This document shows, in pieces, positions 28,633-37,818 of a stretch of DNA of 64,000 nucleotides. Source of the stretch: Candidatus Hodarchaeota archaeon (GTDB lineage Archaea > Asgardarchaeota > Heimdallarchaeia > Hodarchaeales > Hodarchaeaceae); NCBI GenBank assembly GCA_016839815.1, contig JAEOTM010000057.1, positions 1 to 64,000 of the forward strand. The letters run 5' to 3'. The first letter of the stretch is position 1, and each line of letters starts with the position of its first letter. The position numbers and the translations under genes are program-made. The notes under the pieces were generated by a model. It did no database searches, was not told where the DNA came from, and saw only the letters and a program-made list of their open reading frames with translations.

Positions 28633-31600
28633 TTAGGGTGCCTCCACAGGTGGTTGTTCGACGCCTTCGATACTCGGTTCAGATTTTGAAAGTATAGCTT
28701 CAATCTGAGCATTAATCGTTTCATTTTGGAAGTGGCTAATTGTGATTGCACTAACGGGACACGTTACTACGCATAAACCACAACCTTTGCAAACTCCTGG
28801 ATTGACAAAGGCTTTTACTGTCTTTATGGTAGTTGTTTCCATACTAATTTCCTTCTCGTGAAGTTCTATGGCCTTATAAGGACATATTTCTTCACATCGT
28901 CCACATCCTCGACACATTTCCTCATTCACTTCAGAAATGGCTCCTTCAGATAATAGATAACCTGGTGCCAGTAATGCCATTACTCGAACAGCTGCTCCAC
29001 TTGCTTGATATATACTTTCATAGGTAAATTTCGGGTAATGAGCTGTTCCTGCAAGAAAAACTCCGTCAGTGGCAAAATCCAAAGGTCTTAATTTGACATG
29101 TGCTTCAAGGAAGAACTTATCTGCACCTCTTGGAACTTTGAACATTTGACTTAGCTCTTCGTTGGGTTTAGGGACAAGAGGAGTGCTAAGAAGAATTGTA
29201 TCAACATCCTGAATTCGTAGCTTTTCACCCAGTGTGATATCCAATACTTCCACTGATCCATCAGAATTTATTGTTGGTTTGTTATCATCATTGTAACCTA
29301 TGAAAACTGTTCCCAATTTCCGGGTTTTGAGATATAACTCCTCAAGATCACCATAAGTACGGACATCTTTATAGAGAATGAATACATTTGCATCTGGATC
29401 TCTTTCTTTAATTCTAATGCTGTTCTTAATTGCGGTGGTACAGCAAATTCTAGAACAATACGTTCTAGGAGCTTCATCTTCACGTGAACCCACACACTGG
29501 ATCATTACAACTGTTTTTGGGTCTGTTTGGTCAAATTCTAGCTCAAATTCTCTTTGTGTTTTCACCCGAGTATCATTCCCATATTCATAGTATCCTTCTG
29601 GGATGAATGGTCGTGCCCCAGTTGCTAGCACTGCTGCACCAAACTTTATCTCCTGTCCATTAACAATACCTGTAAATTTACCTACCGCTCCAGTCAAAGA
29701 TTCGAGATTTGCCCCTGTGAATACCGTGATATTTTCTTCATCATTTACTTGGTTTGCTAATTCTTTAACAATATCTTCCCCCTGAAGCTCATTATGGAGA
29801 CGTGGTATCTCCAGTAATTCACCCCCAAGCTGATTTTCCTTTTCAACAAGGTAAACAGGATACCCTCCACGGGCTATATCTAGTGCCGCAGTCATTCCAG
29901 AGATTCCCCCTCCAACAACTAATGCCTTCTGGTCAATAGGAATTTTCTCTTTCAGTAATGGTTCTAGTCGACAAGTTCGTGCGATGGCACCACGTAACAT
30001 ATCTTTTGCTTTCTCTGTTGCTTCACCTTTTTCATGGGGATGAACCCAGGAGATATGTTCTCTTAGATTTGTTAACTCGAAAAGAAATTCATTTAATCCT
30101 GCTTCTTTTAATGTACTTCTAAATAGTGGTTCATGAGTTCGAGGAGTACAGGAGGCGACTATGATTCGATTTAGGTTGTGCTCTTTGATTTTTTCTTTAA
30201 TTGTAAGTTGTGTATCAGCAGCACATGCATAAAGAGGATCATCAGCGAATTTCACATTCGGAAAAGTCCGAGCATATTCTGCTACCTCTTTAACATCTAC
30301 TACCGAAGCAATGTTATGGCCACAGTGGCACACAAATACACCTATTCGCGATTCATCAGCTGAATCAACAGCTATTGCACGGGGATACTTCTTTTCTTTT
30401 ACTTCAGTTCCCCTAACATCTTTGAGTAAGATAGCTGCTTTTGCGGCCGCTCCACTAGCTTGTGCAACGGTATCAGGTATATCTTTTGGCCCTGATGCTA
30501 CTCCACAAACATAGACCCCAGGTTTACTTGTCTCAATTGGTTTCAAAGGATCTGAAACTACAAATCCATTATGATCTAATTCCAGATGAAGTTGGTTCTG
30601 CAAAAAGTCTGTTTGAGACGTGGTATCCATCCCTGTAGATAAGACTACCATATCCATTTCCTTTGTTGTAATTGAAGGAGAGTCCATAAATTGCTCAAAT
30701 TTTAAAATAAGATTCTGATTCTCAGGATTTTCTTCTATTTCGTAAATTCTAGAGTTAATGAATTTGATCCCAAACTCATTGATGGCTCTTTTATAGAATT
30801 CCTCAAACCCCTTTCCAAATGCTCTTATATCCATATAGAAAATGTAGGCTTCGACATCTGGATCGTGTTCTTTTGCCATAATTGCCTCTTTTATCGCATA
30901 CATACAACAGGCTGCCGAACAGTACTCTTTATTGATTGATAAGTCACGTGAACCAACACATTGAAGAAATGCAATTTTCTTTGGATGTTTCCCGTCTGAG
31001 CGACGGACAACTTCTCCTTCAGTTGGACCTGAAGCATTGAGAAGTCTTTCAAATTGCAAAGTTGTAAACACGTTTGGATACTCCTCGAAATGCAGTCTCT
31101 CAATTTCCTTAGCATCAAAAGGATCAAAACCAGTGGTAGTAATTACTGCACCAACATTGACAGAGCATTCCTCATCCTTTTGAGTATAATCGATAGCTCC
31201 TGGACCACATTTCTTCTCACATATCTTACACTTACCTTCCTGAAAATATCTACACGTATCATGCTCTAAATATGCAACCTTTGGAACCGCCTGTGGAAAT
31301 GGAATTGAAATATTCTTCCTACCAGCTTTTTCTCTCCCTTTTTTATCTTTTTTAGTTAATCCTGCATTAAAATCATCCTCAATCCAGACTGGACATTTTT
31401 CTTCACAAATTCCACAACCTGTACAGAGCTCCTCATCTACATAACGTGCTTTTTTCGTATATTTGAGAGTAAAATTTCCAGCAGATCCTTCTAAATCCAC
31501 GGGATCACAGTAAGATAACAATTCGATGTTTGGATGTCTTTCTACTTCTACTAGTTTTGGCCCTAAAATACACATCGCACAATCTAAAGTTGGAAATGTT

Positions 31601-31752
31601 TTATCCAGCTGAACCATTCTCCCACCGATGCTTGGGTTGCTTTCTAGCAAATAAACTTTAAATCCTTGATCTGCTAAGTCAAGAGATGACTGTATTCCTG
31701 CAATTCCACCGCCAATTATCGCAACTGATCCTCTTTTTTCTGCTTCTGTCAT
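28633..31752 (-). CDS. hdrA: Large two-module HdrA-like flavoprotein (QmoA+QmoB-like fusion)
   Basis: Two GGGI(A/S)G FAD motifs, two CVGSR..YCS..CC motifs, internal CHCG module, terminal ferredoxin. Confidence 0.92.
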   Translation of the reverse strand: MTEAEKRGSVAIIGGGIAGIQSSLDLADQGFKVYLLESNPSIGGRMVQLDKTFPTLDCAMCILGPKLVEVERHPNIELLSYCDPVDLEGSAGNFTLKYTKKARYVDEELCTGCGICEEKCPVWIEDDFNAGLTKKDKKGREKAGRKNISIPFPQAVPKVAYLEHDTCRYFQEGKCKICEKKCGPGAIDYTQKDEECSVNVGAVITTTGFDPFDAKEIERLHFEEYPNVFTTLQFERLLNASGPTEGEVVRRSDGKHPKKIAFLQCVGSRDLSINKEYCSAACCMYAIKEAIMAKEHDPDVEAYIFYMDIRAFGKGFEEFYKRAINEFGIKFINSRIYEIEENPENQNLILKFEQFMDSPSITTKEMDMVVLSTGMDTTSQTDFLQNQLHLELDHNGFVVSDPLKPIETSKPGVYVCGVASGPKDIPDTVAQASGAAAKAAILLKDVRGTEVKEKKYPRAIAVDSADESRIGVFVCHCGHNIASVVDVKEVAEYARTFPNVKFADDPLYACAADTQLTIKEKIKEHNLNRIIVASCTPRTHEPLFRSTLKEAGLNEFLFELTNLREHISWVHPHEKGEATEKAKDMLRGAIARTCRLEPLLKEKIPIDQKALVVGGGISGMTAALDIARGGYPVYLVEKENQLGGELLEIPRLHNELQGEDIVKELANQVNDEENITVFTGANLESLTGAVGKFTGIVNGQEIKFGAAVLATGARPFIPEGYYEYGNDTRVKTQREFELEFDQTDPKTVVMIQCVGSREDEAPRTYCSRICCTTAIKNSIRIKERDPDANVFILYKDVRTYGDLEELYLKTRKLGTVFIGYNDDNKPTINSDGSVEVLDITLGEKLRIQDVDTILLSTPLVPKPNEELSQMFKVPRGADKFFLEAHVKLRPLDFATDGVFLAGTAHYPKFTYESIYQASGAAVRVMALLAPGYLLSEGAISEVNEEMCRGCGRCEEICPYKAIELHEKEISMETTTIKTVKAFVNPGVCKGCGLCVVTCPVSAITISHFQNETINAQIEAILSKSEPSIEGVEQPPVEAP

Positions 31753-31769
31753 TTTTTCTTCCTCACATA

Positions 31770-32897
31770 TTATTTACTTGATGTAGATTCATCTACTATC
31801 ATTCCAAGCTCCTTAATTTTAATTTGGAAGTTGTGTTGAGGTTTTCTATCTTCCATTACGCAATTTAAATGCGCAAAACATTTTGTGCATCCGACAGCAA
31901 GAGTTCCTTCATCTCCTACTACGTCTTTAGTTTCTTCTAACTTTCTTAGCATTATTGCGCGTGAGTTATCATCACATTTGAGCCATGCAGACACACCACA
32001 GCACTTCGTATGTTGTTTATTCAAGGTAAATTCTTTTATATTACCACCAGCAGCTTTTAACACAGATCTAGGTGTATCATACTCGTTCATGTATCGACCT
32101 AATCTACAGGCATCATGATAGGCTACATCATAACTATCTCCCTTGAAATCTAATTTCTCCTTATTCTCTTCAATGAATTGAGCGATATGTTGAACTCGAA
32201 CGTTGAGATCATACAATTTCTCAAAAGAATAGTAGCATTCTGCACACGAAACAACAAGGGTTGTTATTCCTGCTTCCTTAATGTATTGGGTATTATACTC
32301 ACGTACTTTCTCATAGGCGTCTTCGTCACCCGTCCAGTACGCATCATGACCACAACATTTAAGAGATATCAGATTAGGACTCACTCCCGCTTTATTCATG
32401 AGATTGATAGCACTTTGACCAATCTGATGAAAATTAGTTTCTTCTAAATCTAAAAATTTGTCAAACAGGTCAATACAACCAGGGAAATATGCAATCTTTG
32501 ATTCAGGATTCGTTTGACCTTCATACTCAAACTTCATCCCTGAATCAGTCATTTCACCCATAAATACTTGCAGTAAATTAAAGATATTATGATGAGCAAA
32601 TTTATCTTCACTAATTCCTTTTTTTCTGGATAATCGTATAAATTCAGGAAAATCAACTTCTTGGGGACATATTTCTAAGCAGAGTCCACATGTTAAACAG
32701 GAAGTTAGTTCATCCTCGGTCACTGAGTCGTATATCTTGAAATTGTGAATGATTCTTCTTGGGTTAAATTTTGATACTCTACGGACTGGACATACACTTA
32801 CACAGGATGAACATTGATAACAAGCTAATAATATTGATTTCAGTTCATCGGAATTTATATCAAATTCATATTTCGGTTGACTCTCTGATAGTACCAT
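31770..32897 (-). CDS. HdrD-like (HdrC+HdrB fusion) Fe-S protein
   Basis: Two ferredoxin motifs then FPGC..CCG..CAEC and HDAC..CCG..CTKC. Confidence 0.88.
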   Translation of the reverse strand: MVLSESQPKYEFDINSDELKSILLACYQCSSCVSVCPVRRVSKFNPRRIIHNFKIYDSVTEDELTSCLTCGLCLEICPQEVDFPEFIRLSRKKGISEDKFAHHNIFNLLQVFMGEMTDSGMKFEYEGQTNPESKIAYFPGCIDLFDKFLDLEETNFHQIGQSAINLMNKAGVSPNLISLKCCGHDAYWTGDEDAYEKVREYNTQYIKEAGITTLVVSCAECYYSFEKLYDLNVRVQHIAQFIEENKEKLDFKGDSYDVAYHDACRLGRYMNEYDTPRSVLKAAGGNIKEFTLNKQHTKCCGVSAWLKCDDNSRAIMLRKLEETKDVVGDEGTLAVGCTKCFAHLNCVMEDRKPQHNFQIKIKELGMIVDESTSSK

Positions 32898-33275
32898 AAG
32901 TTTGTCTCCTCACACTATTATTGATTTCTTTTTTGAATTCGGTCTCAACGGATTGTCAAAATATCTAAAACACTTTATTAGTTGTGAACTGCCCTCTCCA
33001 GTAACCACTTCATTGTTAGAATATAAACTAGCATTATATAAACTAATGGTCAATAATGGCATTAAAATCACAACTCTTAGTCCTACGGTGGACTAAAAGG
33101 AAGTTGTCAACAGTTTTGATTACTGGCTTTATATATTCTTTGATAAGTGATCGTTTTGTAGCCAAAAGTTAACCAAAGATAACAATAGAAAAGAATTTAA
33201 GAATTAAAAAATGTTTTAAGCACATAATCACCCACCCTCTTAAACATATTAGTTTTTGAAAAGGAAGTAAAAAAT

Positions 33276-33659
33276 ATGTCCCCCGAAGTAGATGATTCTT
33301 GTAAATACTATAAAGAACACCAATGGGTAAGAGTGGAAGATGGTATATGCTTAGTCGGAATTTCCGATTTTGCTCAAGATTCTTTAAAAGATGTCGTAAT
33401 GGTTGAACTCCCTGAGGTTGGAGATTCTGTTACACAAGGTGAAGTATTCACCTCTATCGAAAGCGTAAAAGCTGTAAGTGATGTCTTCAGTCCAATCTCA
33501 GGAGAAATTATTGAGGTCAATGAAGAGCTAGAAGACACTCCAGAGAATGTCAATGAAGATCCTTATGGAAGTTGGCTTGTGAAAGTCAAACCATCGAATC
33601 TTGATGCTGATTTAGCTAATTTAATGAGTCCTGCAGAATATGAAGATTTCTGCGGTTAG
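33276..33659 (+). CDS. gcvH: Glycine cleavage H-type lipoyl carrier protein
   Basis: EHQWV, GISDFAQ, IESVKAVSD lipoyl-Lys motif, VNEDPYG. Confidence 0.95.
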   Translation: MSPEVDDSCKYYKEHQWVRVEDGICLVGISDFAQDSLKDVVMVELPEVGDSVTQGEVFTSIESVKAVSDVFSPISGEIIEVNEELEDTPENVNEDPYGSWLVKVKPSNLDADLANLMSPAEYEDFCG

Positions 33660-33685
33660 AGTTTAATCTTCCTATTCATTTCATG

Positions 33686-33723
33686 CCCTATGGAGTTTTT
33701 CCTCCCTGGGAAACCTTTTTTTT
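33686..33723 (+). terminator. Probable terminator after gcvH
   Basis: Imperfect CCC..GGAG/CTCC..GGG hairpin then T8. Confidence 0.5.
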
Positions 33724-33753
33724 ATTATTAGACCTTCTAGTCGATTTTAAAAT

Positions 33754-34443
33754 TTATTCTGAGATCAAATCCTCTACAAGTAAAAGTGTTAACACTGCTA
33801 TTATGATAGCATGGAGAAATAAAATTAGCGCATTACTAAGTGCAGCCATAGGATCGTAATAAAATGTTAGATTTTTAGTTGCATCTGCTGCAATAATTAT
33901 TGAGGGAATTATTAGAGGAAAGAATAGAATTGGAACAGCTAATGTTTTTGATTTCGCATAAACTGTTAACAATGAGACTATACACCCTGCAACAGTAAGG
34001 TCCACTGTTCCCAGTACTAATACAAGGATAAATACTGCCATACTTCCTTGAATAGAAATATTTAGAAAAATAATTGCCACAATAAAGGCAAAAAATTCTA
34101 CAACCCCCACTATCACCAGCAGATAGAGAAGTTTGGACAAAAATATTGCCTGAGGTTTTACGGGTAATGATAACAGGGAATAAAGAGAATTTTTTTGTGT
34201 TTCACGTGAAAACACCGAATTAACCCCAAGCATAATTGTAAAGGTAATAATAAACCACATTGCTGCTGTTGAGATGGTATACTGGGCTTCAAGGGTAACA
34301 TCTTCAATAAGTTTGAACAAGGAAGAAAATATTAATACAGCGGCAAATGAAAATAACCCCATTGAAAAAAGAGTTTCTTTAGTTCTGAATTCTAAAACTA
34401 AATCTTTTTTCATCATATTCAATGTATCACTGATTATAGACAT
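33754..34443 (-). CDS. ccmB: Heme exporter membrane protein CcmB
   Basis: KDLVLEFR, F.RE...L..L, IFLSK, PILFFPL..P; adjacent to ccmA. Confidence 0.9.
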   Translation of the reverse strand: MSIISDTLNMMKKDLVLEFRTKETLFSMGLFSFAAVLIFSSLFKLIEDVTLEAQYTISTAAMWFIITFTIMLGVNSVFSRETQKNSLYSLLSLPVKPQAIFLSKLLYLLVIVGVVEFFAFIVAIIFLNISIQGSMAVFILVLVLGTVDLTVAGCIVSLLTVYAKSKTLAVPILFFPLIIPSIIIAADATKNLTFYYDPMAALSNALILFLHAIIIAVLTLLLVEDLISE

Positions 34444-34468
34444 TGTGATTCAACAGCTAACTATTTTT

Positions 34469-35170
34469 TTATTTCTTTAAACTTAAAAATTGATCATAAT
34501 CGGTTGGTAAATAGGAATGAATGATTTTACCTTTTTCTAAATAATAAACACGATTGCATAATTGGGCTATAGCCTCAAAATCATGAGAACATATTATTAT
34601 TGTATTATCTGGATTCTTTTCTTTAATTATTTTGTACAACATCTCCCGATTCTCAACATCTAATCCACTAAAAGGTTCGTCAAGAAGTAACACTCCAGGT
34701 AACGTTGGATATGAAGCGCGGAGGATTTCTAACTTCTTTGCCATACCGGTGGAATACTCCCTTACGGGTCGATCAATGAAGAGTTTTAGCTTGAATGTCT
34801 TAATAATCTCCTTGACAGCCTGTTTAGGATTTTTAACACGTTTACTCATTTTGAAATAATATTCAAGGTTTTCTCTACCAGTAAGATCATCAAATAAGAA
34901 TGCTTGGCTTAATAATACTTCCATATTCTTTTTAAGATCAGATTTACGTTCTTTGATATCCACACCATCAATTTCTAATATTCCAGAAGATGGAGATATG
35001 AGCAGTGCAATAATTTTGAGTAAAGTACTTTTACCTGCTCCATTATGACCAATTAATCCAATCGTTTCTCCCAGTTCAATGGTTAAATCTATATTTTTGA
35101 GTGCTGTTGTAAATACAAATGTTTTATTGATTTTTGAAAGCTTTACAACGGGTTGTGGAATTTTAACCAT
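34469..35170 (-). CDS. ccmA: ABC ATPase CcmA
   Basis: GHNGAGKST, YSTGM, LLLDEPF, SH; located between ccmD and ccmB. Confidence 0.88.
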   Translation of the reverse strand: MVKIPQPVVKLSKINKTFVFTTALKNIDLTIELGETIGLIGHNGAGKSTLLKIIALLISPSSGILEIDGVDIKERKSDLKKNMEVLLSQAFLFDDLTGRENLEYYFKMSKRVKNPKQAVKEIIKTFKLKLFIDRPVREYSTGMAKKLEILRASYPTLPGVLLLDEPFSGLDVENREMLYKIIKEKNPDNTIIICSHDFEAIAQLCNRVYYLEKGKIIHSYLPTDYDQFLSLKK

Positions 35171-35216
35171 TGGAAATCCCTTGTAAAAGTAGAAGTAGTT
35201 TCTTGTTATGAGAAGT

Positions 35217-35375
35217 TTAGTCGTCCTTTAGACTCTCAAGTTCCAATTCTAATTTCCTCACTCTATTATTAGTGTAATAGAGATAATAGAAAATTATTAA
35301 CCATACCACTACTGAAATAAAAAATAGTAGACTTAGTTCGGATCCCAATAAATCATCAAAAATATCTGTTATCAT
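35217..35375 (-). CDS. ccmD: CcmD-like small membrane protein (52 aa, below the ORF-track cutoff)
   Basis: MITDIFDDLLGSELSLLFFISVVVWLIIFYYLYYTNNRVRKLELELESLKDD; AAGGA upstream; one TM helix + charged helix; directly after ccmC. Confidence 0.75.
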   Translation of the reverse strand: MITDIFDDLLGSELSLLFFISVVVWLIIFYYLYYTNNRVRKLELELESLKDD

Positions 35376-35405
35376 ATTGATTCCTTCTATCTGTACGCTT
35401 ATCTC

Positions 35406-36179
35406 TTAAGCTTCCTCCATTTTTATCTTTCTTATCCTCTGGAGTTCAAATTCTATCCTGTTAGTTCGATACGCCTGCAGGATAAGAAAAATCGCGAATG
35501 CACTAATGAAGACAAAATTTATCATTAAAAATACCCCGGCACCTGTACTATACCCAGTTTCTGAAGGATTCGGATGTATTATCCCCACAATGAAATATGA
35601 TAGGGGAATAGAGACAAATGCAAGTATTCCAAAAATCGCGGATATAGTTGCCCTTCTTTCATGATTATCCACCTCTAACATATCACGAAATATTAGTAAT
35701 CCAACATATATTAACCACATTATTAAGGTTATCGTCTCACGAGGATTCCAATCCCAAAAAGCTCCCCATTCAACTTTTGCCCACATCATTCCTATTATGA
35801 TAGTAATTGCTCCCAACATAACCCCCACCTGAGCACTTGAAAGTAGTATCAAGTCTAATCTAATATCCTTTCTCCAGATCAAATATAAGATTCCACTTAT
35901 GAGAGTAATCCCGAAACAGAAATAGGTTGCAAACGCAAAAGGAACCATTAGAAAGACAGGGCGTGGACTGACACTATAATAATCAGCATATTTAAATTGG
36001 ATTACCAGATAAATTATAAAAAAATTCATCAGTAAAAAACTGGGAAGAAAGGTTAAAAGAATCCATTTCTCATATTTTCTAAAGGTTAAAAGAATCCATT
36101 TCTCATATTTTCTAAAGCTTAAAAGAATCCTTTCCGCGTATTTTCGTATACTTTCCAACATCATGAGTAGATCTCTCAT
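35406..36179 (-). CDS. ccmC: Cytochrome c biogenesis protein CcmC
   Basis: GMMWAKVEWGAFWDWNPRET WWD motif, IHP. Confidence 0.9.
   Translation of the reverse strand: MRDLLMMLESIRKYAERILLSFRKYEKWILLTFRKYEKWILLTFLPSFLLMNFFIIYLVIQFKYADYYSVSPRPVFLMVPFAFATYFCFGITLISGILYLIWRKDIRLDLILLSSAQVGVMLGAITIIIGMMWAKVEWGAFWDWNPRETITLIMWLIYVGLLIFRDMLEVDNHERRATISAIFGILAFVSIPLSYFIVGIIHPNPSETGYSTGAGVFLMINFVFISAFAIFLILQAYRTNRIEFELQRIRKIKMEEA
36048..36146. repeat. 33-bp tandem repeat x3 within the ccmC 5' end
   Basis: AAAGGTTAAAAGAATCCATTTCTCATATTTTCT twice perfectly (36048-36113) plus a degenerate third copy; encodes RKYEKWILLTF. Confidence 0.9.
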
Positions 36180-36606
36180 CTAGTGAATAATTTTTTAGTA
36201 TTAAGCTCAATAAATCTTAGGGAGGAAATATCTTCATTTTTGTAAAACTCTATTATTACTTTTGTAAGTCTTTCTTGAAGGAAAATTGAAAAGTAAGATA
36301 GGTTCACTATAGTAAATATTTGTACACATTGTAGTATTAATCAAGTCTCATCTGATTTAGAACTATTTCCAAAAATCTCAACAAAAGTATCCTTAGCTTT
36401 CATCCTAGTGTAGTATACAACAGAAAATATCTCCTCCTCAATTTCATCGTCCTAACATATTATGTATATGAAATAAATTAAAAACTTAAAAACCATTAAT
36501 ACTTATTAATTCATAGGAGGCAATGGACAGGTTTTTTGTATTCGATCATTGTCTACACACTGAAAGATATCTAAAAATATAAATAAATTAAAAGGTCCGC
36601 TTAAAT

Positions 36607-37290
36607 TTGGAACTAGAAGCAACTGCATCCTCAAAAGATAAAATATTGCAGTACTTATTGCTCAGTGGATCTACCGCTGAGGAATCATGTACTGTAAAAG
36701 AAATTGCTAATCATTTGAATATCAGTATTAATGCTACTCGTCAGTATTTAATTGTTTTAGAAAAAGAAGGCTTGGTGGTACGAACCACTCAAAAAAGTAC
36801 CACAGGTAGACCTGCAATTCTCTACTCATTACATCCAGATGCTATCGAAGAATTTCCAAAACAATACCGAGATTTTTCTGTAAAATTATTAGCTGAGGTT
36901 CAAGAAAGGATTGGGACTCAAGCTACTATCGACCTTTTAAGAGAAGTTGGTAAACAGATAGCTCAGGAAGTACAACCTTATGTCTTAGCAAATCTAGAGC
37001 CTGGAGGCTCCTATGAGTCTTTGAGAGATAGACTACATAGTGTGGTAAAGGTTTATCACCAGTATGGTAAGTATCCTGAATTATTAGAAGATGATGCATC
37101 TTTCGCACTTAAAAATTATAACTGTCTAATATTCGGAGTTGCTAAGGAAAACAGCCTCGCTTGTACAGTTGATGAGTCAATAGTAACTGAATTAGTAGGA
37201 GCACCCGCAGTAAAAGAGAAGTGTATTCGCGAAGGCGACGAGTGCTGCTTATATCGGATTAAAAAAACTGAATTCTCAGGTAAAGCTTAG
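36607..37290 (+). CDS. SufR-like HTH regulator with C-terminal Cys-ligand domain
   Basis: TVKEIA..ATRQYL..LEKEGLV..GRP..Y; NCL..ACTVD..ECCLY. Confidence 0.8.
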   Translation: MELEATASSKDKILQYLLLSGSTAEESCTVKEIANHLNISINATRQYLIVLEKEGLVVRTTQKSTTGRPAILYSLHPDAIEEFPKQYRDFSVKLLAEVQERIGTQATIDLLREVGKQIAQEVQPYVLANLEPGGSYESLRDRLHSVVKVYHQYGKYPELLEDDASFALKNYNCLIFGVAKENSLACTVDESIVTELVGAPAVKEKCIREGDECCLYRIKKTEFSGKA

Positions 37291-37818
37291 TTTGTGGAAT
37301 ATTTTCAGAATAAACGACATCCAGAGTCAAGAGAAATATCCGACTCTCTAGTCGAAGACATCTACTTATGTTTTTTTAAAAGGAAAACTAATCCCACCTC
37401 TATTCCCCTACCTTCAAATCCTAAATGATTGAACATACTTCTGCATTCCTGCTTCAATCATTTTTCTAGGATTTCTTTGTGTAATTCCATTTTTTCATCT
37501 GTACATTGCGTATGTTTTGTAACTTTTTGATGTAAAAACATAGATATACTTTTTAACATTATTAATTGTTTGTACTTTTGTATTCAGATACAGATGAGCG
37601 TCTTTATCGGCGGTAATACACAGATTTCACAAAATTGACTATTAGTTCCTATTAGCTATTACTAGAGTAGACGGAATATACCACAGATATCAAATCTAAA
37701 TCGCTTTGAGAATACAAGATGAAACAGAAATAAAAAGACGCAATGTAGAAATTAATAATAATCATCTCGCATAAAGTAGGTAGAGAGATAACAGTATTAT
37801 TGCAAGAGTGTTAAAGAA

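Noticed and set aside
10774-32897. Selenocysteine recoding in HdrA/MvhD/MvhA
   Set aside because: All these ORFs are full length with Cys codons and no in-frame TGA; the 3' structure at 10685-10759 lacks SECIS geometry.
32902-33096. 64-aa ORF and a 7-bp inverted repeat (33077-33096) in the hdrD-gcvH intergenic region
   Set aside because: The ORF has no RBS or family signal and runs through a divergent promoter; the repeat is single copy.
37316-37354. Hairpin CGAC..AGAGTC/GACTCT..GTCG after the SufR-like gene as a possible ncRNA
   Set aside because: It lies just after a stop codon and before a T-tract, so a terminator explains it; no tRNA or riboswitch features.
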